A DNA stretch of 64,000 bases, taken from the NCBI GenBank assembly GCA_039648975.1, contig JBBWZK010000425.1, positions 272-64,271 of the forward strand. Reading direction: 5' to 3'. Below, one piece after another: positions 56,639 to 64,000 of this stretch (position 1 is its first letter; each line of letters begins with the position of its first letter). This DNA comes from Blastocatellia bacterium (GTDB lineage Bacteria; Acidobacteriota; Blastocatellia; UBA7656). A model generated the notes under the pieces. That model did no database searches, was not told where the DNA came from, and worked only from the letters and a program-made list of their open reading frames with translations. Position numbers and translations under genes: made by a program.

Positions 56639-56714
56639 CCACAGAGTCACCGAGACACAGAGAAATGGATTTCGAAAAAGAGACTGAGACTCTGTGTCTC
56701 GGTGACTCTGTGGC
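56638..56714. repeat. 25-bp perfect inverted repeat with 8-nt periodic arms
   Basis: gccacagagtcaccgagacacagag (56638-56662) pairs with ctctgtgtctcggtgactctgtggc (56690-56714). It starts on the last base of the upstream stop codon. Confidence 0.9.
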
Positions 56715-56742
56715 CATCACTTCTTCCAGGAGGCTGGCGGCT

Positions 56743-58104
56743 ATGACACAACTGGCGCGTGTTCTCAATCTGAAGGATCTGACGTTATTGATCGTCGGCT
56801 CGGTCATCGGTTCGGGCATCTTTCTGGTTCCCGGCGGCGTCTTGACCGGCGTCGGCGGCAGCGTCGCGGTGGCGCTGCTGGTCTGGCTGGTTGGCGGTCT
56901 GCTGTCGTTGCTTGGCGCGCTGACTTACGGCGAACTGAGCGCGGCCAGGCCACAGGCGGGCGGCTTGTATGTTTACATCCGCGACGCCTTCGGCCCGATG
57001 CCCGCTTTTCTGTTCGGCTGGACGATGTTCTTTGCCATCAGCAGCGGCGCAATTGCCACGCTGGCGGTTGCCTTCAGCACGACGCTGGCACAGATCATCC
57101 CCATGCCGCAGGCCATCGAGAAAATCATCTCCGTCGCCGTGATTCTCTTGCTGATGACGATCAATATCATCGGCACGCGCACAAGCGCCGATGTGCAGAA
57201 CTGGACGACCGCCATCAAAGTCATCGGCATCCTGTTGATGAGCGGCGCGCTGCTGCTGTTTGGCCGCGAGTACACCAGCACCGGCGCAAGCCTGTGGCCG
57301 GCTGAAGTCAACGGCTCGCTCGCCTCCGGCTTCGGACTTGCCATGATCAGCGTGCTCTGGGCTTATGAAGGCTGGCAATATTGCACGTTCAGCGCCGGCG
57401 AAATCATCAACCCACAGCGCAATTTTCCGCGCGCCCTGTTTGCCGGCACGGCGGCGCTGATTGTGATTTACCTGCTGGTCAACGTCGCTTATCTGGCGGC
57501 GCTCGGCCCGGCGGGGGTCGCGCAATCCAGTAGCGTTGCGGCGGCCTCGCTGGCGGCGGTCATCAACCCGCGTGTAGCGCAGTTGATCGCCATTGTAATC
57601 TGCATCTCAGTTTTCAGCGCCGCCAACAGTAACGTGCTTACCGCGCCGCGCGTCTATTACGCGATGGCGTCGGACGGCTTGTTCTTCAAGCGGCTCGCCA
57701 ACGTGCATCCGCGATTCGGCACTCCGGCAACGGCGATCATTGCCGGTTCGCTCTGGGCAGCGTTGCTGGCAGTCGCTGGCACCTTCACACAGTTGCTGAC
57801 CTTCGTGGTTTTTTCCGGCTGGATTTTTTACGCGCTCGCCGCCGCCAGTCTCTTCGTTTACCGCAAGCAGCCGCCCGACGCGACGCGTTCGTACAGCGTG
57901 CCGGGCTATCCCTATACGCCTTTGTTGTTCATCATCGCGGCGGCGGTGCTGGTCATCAACACGCTCATCGATCAGATGACCAAGGATCCGCTGCGCACCA
58001 CCTATGCGCTCGGCATCATCGTGCTCGGCGTGCCGGCTTACTTCATCTGGCGCGTGCGCAGCAAAGTCGCGATTGAACCAATCAAGACGCCTGAAGCCAG
58101 TTAA
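56743..58104 (+). CDS. APC-family amino acid permease
   Basis: ATG at 56743 follows ccaggagg. LIVGSVIGSGIFLVPG. About 12 hydrophobic segments. Confidence 0.9.
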   Translation: MTQLARVLNLKDLTLLIVGSVIGSGIFLVPGGVLTGVGGSVAVALLVWLVGGLLSLLGALTYGELSAARPQAGGLYVYIRDAFGPMPAFLFGWTMFFAISSGAIATLAVAFSTTLAQIIPMPQAIEKIISVAVILLLMTINIIGTRTSADVQNWTTAIKVIGILLMSGALLLFGREYTSTGASLWPAEVNGSLASGFGLAMISVLWAYEGWQYCTFSAGEIINPQRNFPRALFAGTAALIVIYLLVNVAYLAALGPAGVAQSSSVAAASLAAVINPRVAQLIAIVICISVFSAANSNVLTAPRVYYAMASDGLFFKRLANVHPRFGTPATAIIAGSLWAALLAVAGTFTQLLTFVVFSGWIFYALAAASLFVYRKQPPDATRSYSVPGYPYTPLLFIIAAAVLVINTLIDQMTKDPLRTTYALGIIVLGVPAYFIWRVRSKVAIEPIKTPEAS

Positions 58105-58353
58105 ACGCGCGATGCTTTCAAGCGCCCGGCTGCCCTTCTATATCAGCACCGCTGACACCATATAGTGTAAAAAACCTTGCGCCGCGCGCGTTTCGTAAGC
58201 ATACACGCGTCCACTCTCGGCGCTACAAATTCATATCAGAACAAACGTATTTGTTGTCCGGCGCATCCCCTTGAATGAGGACAGCGTCAGGCATCAGGCT
58301 TGCACTAATAATCCTGCAACCACATCGAGCCAGCAAGGCCAGGGGAGGGCATC

Positions 58354-60855
58354 ATGATGAAACGATTCATTAAGCGATTATCAGGCGTCCCGCCGCAGGT
58401 GGCGATCATCCTCGTGCTGATCGGCATTATCGGCGCAGCGGGCGCGATTTTATTGTTCAAACATACAGAACCAAAAACCGATGCTCAGGTGCTGCCGCGC
58501 GCCGCGCGCCTTGAGCGCATGGACGGCAATGTTGATGTCGCGCAGGCGCTCAATCAAGCAAGCAACGAGCAACTCAGTTGGCAAGACGCGACCGTGAATG
58601 CGCCGCTCACGGTCGGCCAACGCGTCTTTGCGCGCGATAATTCGCATGCAGAGATTGCTTTCAGCGGGCGCAACTATGCGCGGCTGAATCCGGGCACAGC
58701 CCTCGACGTGCTGTCGCTTGCCGACCAGCGAACCCAACTTGCCTTGCGTAGTGGCTCGGCTATCTTCGATGTAGGTGATCTTACAAATGGCGAATTGTAT
58801 GAAGTCGCCACGCCCTGCGGCGCGGTGGACTTCACTGAGCCGGGACTTTATCAACTCGGCATCGGCGATGACGGCAACACCACCATCAGTGTCTTGAGCG
58901 GCCTGGCGCAGGTCGTCGGCCTCGCCGGCTCAGGCGAGATCAGCAAGGGCGAAGTGCTGACGCTTGCCAGTCAGGTTGCCGCGCAGGCGGTGATGGCCAA
59001 GCTTGCGCCGGATACGGCAGGCAATATCCTTGATGATTATTACGGCTATCGCTATCCGCACAAGTATGACGGGCGCTACCGCAATTACGACACCTATCTC
59101 GACAACCCTGACTATTATGACGCCTATAGTCAGTCAACCAGTTATCAGTATGTAGCCGAAGATGTGCCGGGCCTATATGACCTCGACGAATACGGCGACT
59201 GGCAGGACGTTAATGGGTACGGTCGCTGCTGGGCTCCGCGCGTCGAGGCCGATTGGTCGCCGTACCGGCAGGGTTATTGGGATGTCAATGACGTGTGGGG
59301 GCCGACCTGGATATCGAGCGAACCGTGGGGCTATGCGCCGTACCACTATGGCCGCTGGGCTTATGCGAATCAGCAACGCTGGGTGTGGGTGCCTGAAGAT
59401 TGCCGGACGAACCCTGTCTATGCGCCGGCCTTAGTCGCTTTCGTTCCCATACAGCAATCGCAGATTGCCTGGGTGCCGCTCGCGCCGGGCGAACGCTACG
59501 TGCCGCGTTACTACGATGCGAGCTTTGAGCCGCGCTATCTGGCGTCGCCGCAGATCGTCGAAGAGTACGTCAACGTGCAGCGCACTTATGTGAACATGAA
59601 TTACACGACAGGCGTGACGGTCGTGCCTGTGCAGGCGTTCACCCGGCGGATCGACCGGAATGTCATCGTGCCTACCAATCCGCAATGGATGCAGCAGGCG
59701 CAGGCGGTGAGCGATCCGTATGCGGTCGCCGGCGTGCGTCAGGTGGCCATGCAGGAAGAACGCGCGCAGCGCAAACAGGCGCGCCGCGAGATGCAGGCGG
59801 CGATGTTCAACAGGCCTGTAGTCACGAGCGTTGCGCCGGTCGTGCCTGGGCAGGCGAATCCTGCGCAGGCCTTGCAGTACCAATCGGTGACGGAAAAGCA
59901 GAAGCGAAACAAGCTACAAGTTGAACAGAGCGGCCAGGTCGTCGCCGCGCAACGCGCCGATGGCGTGCCGCTTGCCGGCCAGCAGGCGGCGCAACAGGCG
60001 ATGGCTCAACAACGCGATCAGCGCATCGCTGAGTTGAGAACTCGCCTGCAACAGGGCGACAGATCGGCTAAACAGGAATTGCGCCAGTTGAAGCGCGAAC
60101 GCCAGGAGCAGCCGGCAGCCGTTCAAGCGCCGCAGCAAGCCATGACGCCGAAACAACAGCGGCGCTTCGAAAGACAGCAGCAACCCGCCGCACAGCAGGC
60201 TGCGACACAGCAGCAGGCCGTGACGCAGAAACAACAGCGCCGTCTCGAGCGGCAACAGCAGGCCGCCGCGCAGCAGACGCAAGTCAATCAGCAGCGCGAG
60301 CAACGCCGCACGCAAAAGCAGGCCGAGCGCCAGCAGGTAATGCAACAGCAACAGGCGCAACGTGCCACGCAGCAACAGCAGGTGGAATCGCGCCGCCAGC
60401 AAAAACAACAGCCTCGCCAGCAACAGGCCGTGCAGCATCAGGCGGCACAGCAGTCGCAAGTCAAGGCGCAACGCCGCGCCGAGCGCCAGCAGCAATCCAT
60501 GCAACAGCAACAGCGACAGGCGGCGGCTCAGGCGCAAATGAATCAACAGCGCCAGCAGATGCGTGCGCAGCGTCAGCAGCAAGCCATGCAGCAACAGCAA
60601 GCCGCGCAATCGCAGATCAAGGCGCAACGCCGCGCCGAACGCCAGCAGCAACAGCAGCAAGTGATGGTGCAGCAACAGCGCCAGCAGCGTCAGCAGCAGG
60701 GCATGCAACAGCAACAACAGATGCGCCAGCAAGAGAAACAGCAGCGCCGTGTCGAACGACAACAGCAAGCCGCGCCACGCCCGCCGGCTATGATGGGCCC
60801 ACCCGTGCCTCAACAGAGCAAAGCTGAACGCAAAGCGGCCCGGCGCAATCCGTAA
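58354..60855 (+). CDS. membrane-anchored protein with a FecR-like region, a Trp/Tyr-rich segment and a long Gln-rich C-terminus
   Basis: N-terminal TM segment. WAPRVEADWSPYRQGYWDVNDVWGPTWISSEPWGYAPYHYGRW. About 300 aa of Q/R/A-rich repeats (KQQRR[FL]ERQQQ, AQRRAERQQQ). Confidence 0.75.
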   Translation: MMKRFIKRLSGVPPQVAIILVLIGIIGAAGAILLFKHTEPKTDAQVLPRAARLERMDGNVDVAQALNQASNEQLSWQDATVNAPLTVGQRVFARDNSHAEIAFSGRNYARLNPGTALDVLSLADQRTQLALRSGSAIFDVGDLTNGELYEVATPCGAVDFTEPGLYQLGIGDDGNTTISVLSGLAQVVGLAGSGEISKGEVLTLASQVAAQAVMAKLAPDTAGNILDDYYGYRYPHKYDGRYRNYDTYLDNPDYYDAYSQSTSYQYVAEDVPGLYDLDEYGDWQDVNGYGRCWAPRVEADWSPYRQGYWDVNDVWGPTWISSEPWGYAPYHYGRWAYANQQRWVWVPEDCRTNPVYAPALVAFVPIQQSQIAWVPLAPGERYVPRYYDASFEPRYLASPQIVEEYVNVQRTYVNMNYTTGVTVVPVQAFTRRIDRNVIVPTNPQWMQQAQAVSDPYAVAGVRQVAMQEERAQRKQARREMQAAMFNRPVVTSVAPVVPGQANPAQALQYQSVTEKQKRNKLQVEQSGQVVAAQRADGVPLAGQQAAQQAMAQQRDQRIAELRTRLQQGDRSAKQELRQLKRERQEQPAAVQAPQQAMTPKQQRRFERQQQPAAQQAATQQQAVTQKQQRRLERQQQAAAQQTQVNQQREQRRTQKQAERQQVMQQQQAQRATQQQQVESRRQQKQQPRQQQAVQHQAAQQSQVKAQRRAERQQQSMQQQQRQAAAQAQMNQQRQQMRAQRQQQAMQQQQAAQSQIKAQRRAERQQQQQQVMVQQQRQQRQQQGMQQQQQMRQQEKQQRRVERQQQAAPRPPAMMGPPVPQQSKAERKAARRNP

Positions 60856-60887
60856 TGATTTGACCTGAGATGACCCATAAAAACGCT

Positions 60888-60930
60888 AGGCGAAGCGGAA
60901 AGCCTTCCGCTTCGCCTGGCGACTTTTTTT
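60888..60930 (+). terminator. rho-independent terminator
   Basis: aggcgaagcggaa agcc ttccgcttcgcct, followed by ggcgac ttttttt. Confidence 0.8.
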
Positions 60931-60984
60931 GTGAGTCGCAGACCACAGCTAAATCAGAGGGCAAGGGAATGGCAGACTCGCTTA

Positions 60985-61050
60985 TATGGAGTGCGGCGGC
61001 GCGGCATTCGGAGAGACTACCAAAGTGGCGACCGGTCGCCGCACTCCATA
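60985..61050. repeat. 14-bp inverted repeat element (tatggagtgcggcg / cgccgcactccata)
   Basis: Read directly, with a 38-nt spacer. It contains the gcgaccggtcgccgcactcc core, which resembles short repeats common in soil-bacterial genomes (from memory, not searched). Confidence 0.6.
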
Positions 61051-61106
61051 ACCGCACGAAGTGAAAACCGGCCTAAACGCAACTCATTGGGTTTGGCAAT
61101 TCGTTA

Positions 61107-61544
61107 TTACTTCTTCGCCTGTGCGGCCAGCGATTCGTAATCCGCGCCGTCTGCCGCTTCAGTCGCAATCGGCAGGTTGATCATCGCCCATCCCGGCTCG
61201 ACGACGCGCCCGAACGCATCCGCAGCACCGCCGAAGCCGCCGCGCATGTTGGTGACATCCCGATAGCCGATCTGACTCATGATCTGACAGGCATTGGCCG
61301 AGCGGCCTCCCGATTTGCAGCCGACGATGATCTTTGCCTCTTTCGGCAGATTCGCTTCGACGACTGCCGGAAAATCTTCGTTGGGTGTCATGCCGAGTCC
61401 CGGCGCGAAGTGCAGAAGCGGAATATTAATCGCGCCCTGCGGATGGCCGGCCTCGTATTCCGGCACCGAGCGCACATCGAGATAGATGATTTGCGGATCG
61501 CTCTGCATCAACTCATGAGCTTCCTGCGGGCTGACTTCTTTCAT
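61107..61544 (-). CDS. rhodanese-domain sulfurtransferase
   Basis: RBS aaaggagag. Active-site loop CKSGGRS. Confidence 0.85.
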   Translation of the reverse strand: MKEVSPQEAHELMQSDPQIIYLDVRSVPEYEAGHPQGAINIPLLHFAPGLGMTPNEDFPAVVEANLPKEAKIIVGCKSGGRSANACQIMSQIGYRDVTNMRGGFGGAADAFGRVVEPGWAMINLPIATEAADGADYESLAAQAKK

Positions 61545-61720
61545 GGTCTCTCCTTTATGTCTGTCTTAAAGCGAAATTATAGCCAGCCGCCTGCGGCTTT
61601 GTGCAAGCTGATAAATCGCCGGACATCGCTCTCAGTGATTGATATAACATTCACTTGAGAGGCGGCGCCGGACTGCCGATTCGCCCTGCGGCGCGACCTG
61701 CGACACAAAGGCTCTTTGAG

Positions 61721-62269
61721 CTAGCCGCTCGCAGAGATAAGCGCTTTGCTCATTCGCACACATCTGAGCGTGTAGCCATCGCCGAGATCGATGTTCACCG
61801 GCTCGATGGGTTGATAGCCGAAGGCGGCGTACAATGGCTCGCCCGGCAACGTGGCGACAAGTTCCGCACGCGTGAAGCCATGCTGTCGCGCCGCCGCTTC
61901 ACAAGCTTCAAGAATGCGCCGGCCAATTCCCTGCCGGGCATGCGCCGGGTCAACGAAGAAGGCGCGAATCCGCGCCGCCGCTTCAGTCGGGCGCAATTCC
62001 ACCTCGGCGCGACCCTTCGCCTGGTCGCCGCCGTAGAGCGTCGAGCGTTTACTCCAACCGCCACAGCCCGCCAGCCTGCCATCCTGCTCGGCAACACAGT
62101 ACGTGCCGTCTTCAATGAGCTGTGTATCGACGCCGAAGACACGGACGAGGGCGCGCTCGATCTCTTCGTTAGAATAGTATCCGGTGCTCAATTGGCGAAC
62201 CGAGTCGCCAATCAGTCGCTTGAGATGTGCGACATCGCTCAGTGTGGCGTTGCGTATCAGGATGCTCAT
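61721..62269 (-). CDS. GNAT-family N-acetyltransferase
   Basis: Acetyl-CoA motif ARQGIGRRILEA. 182 aa. Confidence 0.85.
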   Translation of the reverse strand: MSILIRNATLSDVAHLKRLIGDSVRQLSTGYYSNEEIERALVRVFGVDTQLIEDGTYCVAEQDGRLAGCGGWSKRSTLYGGDQAKGRAEVELRPTEAAARIRAFFVDPAHARQGIGRRILEACEAAARQHGFTRAELVATLPGEPLYAAFGYQPIEPVNIDLGDGYTLRCVRMSKALISASG

Positions 62270-62292
62270 ATCTATCGGGATTCAGAAAAAGC

Positions 62293-62907
62293 TCACGGCT
62301 TGAAGGCTCGCCGCCGCCGCTCCTCTTCCCCCCTGGTTTGCTCTTGCGCTCCCATTGACTCTGTATTTCTTACTCGAATTGATGCGCCTCCCCCCTGTAC
62401 CGCCGCCTCAATCTCAATCCCGCCGCACTTCAGAATCCGGTTGGGATTTTCATTTGACCCGGCCATCCACTCTTGCGGGTTCGGCAGGTTGAAGATCTCT
62501 GAAAGCTTCGTCACCCACTCATCGATAGATCTCCACGTCGGGCCGACATAGATCACATAAAAATCCGCTACTCGCCCCTTATAAATGCCTGCCGAGACGT
62601 AATCAATTCCAGCAAACCGGTCTCCACCGGCATCCGTGGCCGGGTCGAAGGCGAGTTGCACGACCTCGCCGCTGCCAGCCGTTTTCGCTCGTTCAATGGC
62701 GTCCTTCATCTCTCGCCTTTTACTGCTGCCGGGAAACGCGGCAAGCAACTGCTCCAGGCTCATGCCTAATCGGAGACCACGAATACCCGGAGAGTTGGTC
62801 TCCATCAGACTGCACTTGGATTGAGCAGGCAGTGGGTCTATGGCCAAACCATAGTTCGGGATCGTAAGCAGTGAAAGCGTAAAGAAGGCGATAGCAATCT
62901 TTTTCAT
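62293..62907 (-). CDS. secreted hypothetical protein
   Basis: ATG at 62907 follows acaggagg. Signal peptide MKKIAIAFFTLSLLTIPNYGLA. The longer ORF to 63063 has no RBS. Confidence 0.6.
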   Translation of the reverse strand: MKKIAIAFFTLSLLTIPNYGLAIDPLPAQSKCSLMETNSPGIRGLRLGMSLEQLLAAFPGSSKRREMKDAIERAKTAGSGEVVQLAFDPATDAGGDRFAGIDYVSAGIYKGRVADFYVIYVGPTWRSIDEWVTKLSEIFNLPNPQEWMAGSNENPNRILKCGGIEIEAAVQGGGASIRVRNTESMGAQEQTRGEEERRRRAFKP

Positions 62908-63442
62908 GTTTTCCTCCTGTTTTGTTAGGGCATTGCACCATACAATGCGATTTACTGCCGCCCGAAGTCCGTATTGGCCGGGCCGTGCGCCGAGCCCTGT
63001 CAGAGCCATAGCCCTGCGCCTGGCGCGCTCGGCCAACCGCTTAAACACTCTTGAGAGTTCCAACTTCTATCCCTAAAGGCCCGATGGCCCGCCATTGTAT
63101 CCCAAACAACCGAGCAATGAAATAGCGGGATCAGGCTGGTCGTAGTTATCTTCACTCTGCCTTTCAACGCCCGGCGGCGGCGGTGTAAGGCGCAAACGTC
63201 GCCATCATTTGAAGCGTAGTTGAAGCGGCTTGCGTCGCGTCGAATTCGCGCCGGTCGCTGGCGGCGCAATTTCTGCAACAAATTTACAAGGAATTTTCGC
63301 GCCGGTTTTGCGCCCACAATCGTTGACATCCACGGCCCGGCTAAATAGAATGCGGCCTCCGACAGCAGTACCCCTACTTCAGGCTTTGAATCATTCAGAC
63401 AAGCAGTAACTGACTTCCGACCAGCGTAGGAAAGGAGAGCTT

Positions 63443-64000
63443 TTGACGATCACACGCAAGCAGTTAGTTGTTGCCCTTATATCCGCCTCATTCATATCCA
63501 CCGGCACGGCATCGGCGCAGCAAGCCACGAATCAACCGAAAGCGGTTAATCCGCAAAGCATCAATCAAGTGGTCGGCGCTGCCGAACCGAAGCCCGCCGA
63601 AGCGGCGAGCGAACGGCCCAGAGTCGTTCATGCCGTCACCCCGTCGCCAAATGCCGCCGCTGACGCACCCGCCAAACCGGCCACGGCGGCGGCCTTCGAG
63701 CTTGCCGCAATCATTCCGTCCGCGCCCAGTGTCATCAAGCGCAGCCTCACCGCGATTGAACTTCCCGCCGATTTGAAAGCCGAACCGAAGAGCGAAACCA
63801 AAGCCGAGGCGAAGAAGATTGAATCGAAGTACGAATCTCGCCCGGTGATTTCGACCGCCCAGGTCGGCAGCAACTTCGGTTATCGCAGCGATCCGTTCAC
63901 GGGCCGCGCGCGCTTTCACTCAGGTTGCGACATCAAGGCGCGCTGGGGCGATTCGGTCGGCGCAAGCCTCAGCGGCATCGTGCAGTACGTCGGCTGGTAT
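63443..64000 (+). CDS. M23-family peptidoglycan metalloendopeptidase; 3' end beyond the window
   Basis: TTG start 4 nt after aaaggagag. Signal peptide, then SNFGYRSDPFTGRARFHSGCDI (HxxxD). Open to position 64000. Confidence 0.75.
   Translation, partial: MTITRKQLVVALISASFISTGTASAQQATNQPKAVNPQSINQVVGAAEPKPAEAASERPRVVHAVTPSPNAAADAPAKPATAAAFELAAIIPSAPSVIKRSLTAIELPADLKAEPKSETKAEAKKIESKYESRPVISTAQVGSNFGYRSDPFTGRARFHSGCDIKARWGDSVGASLSGIVQYVGWY

Noticed and set aside
56785-57525. 246-aa minus-strand ORF
   Set aside because: It lies entirely inside the well-supported APC permease gene on the opposite strand. Its Arg/Ala/Asp-rich composition is typical of high-GC antisense frames.
59914-60813. 299-aa Leu-rich ORF on the minus strand
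   Set aside because: It is the antisense shadow of the CAG/CAA-rich Gln repeat region of the 833-aa plus-strand gene. It is low complexity, with no RBS.
1-64000. Global stop-codon reassignment (TAA/TAG read as sense) to explain the in-frame stops
   Set aside because: All three stop codons terminate well-supported genes at normal lengths here. Examples are TAA for the VWA gene ending at 7249, TAG for the VWA gene ending at 9449, and TGA for serS and rsmG. No suppressor tRNA is visible in the window.

Overview
GC-rich bacterial chromosomal segment, most plausibly Acidobacteriota. That guess rests on three tandem secreted VWFA-type paralogs typical of the phylum; it is an inference, not a search result. 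Both flanks carry housekeeping genes: rsmG, serS, pgeF, rluD, lgt, lspA and ileS on the left, and miaB, an APC permease, rhodanese, GNAT and an M23 peptidase on the right. A ~31.3 kb integrative element (19321-50669) sits between a ytxH/DUF948-like stress pair and a BON-domain gene. It is bounded by 43-bp direct repeats (41/43 identical) and has an excisionase and a tyrosine integrase at its right end. The element carries a divergent switch region with a 26-bp perfect palindrome, a Phd/RelE pair and a Toprim (DUF3854-like) replication protein. It also carries three sensor kinases plus a PilZ protein, a beta-helix tailspike-like protein and an IS1595-type transposase. The best candidate for an undescribed system is an AT-rich sub-island next to that transposase. 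There a RusA-like operon (four small genes) is transcribed divergently from a stand-alone Spo11/TopoVI-A-like gene across a 12-bp hairpin. Other notable items:
- Two adjacent proteins rich in Cys-Cys dipeptides (6151-7164).
- A family of intergenic hairpins whose arms are built from 7-8 nt tandem units, each placed directly 3' of a stop codon.
- In-frame TAA/TAG codons in ileS (at a conserved Tyr), in a hicA-like gene and upstream of a SWIM gene, plus a frameshifted vapC.
No rRNA, tRNA or CRISPR array was recognised.
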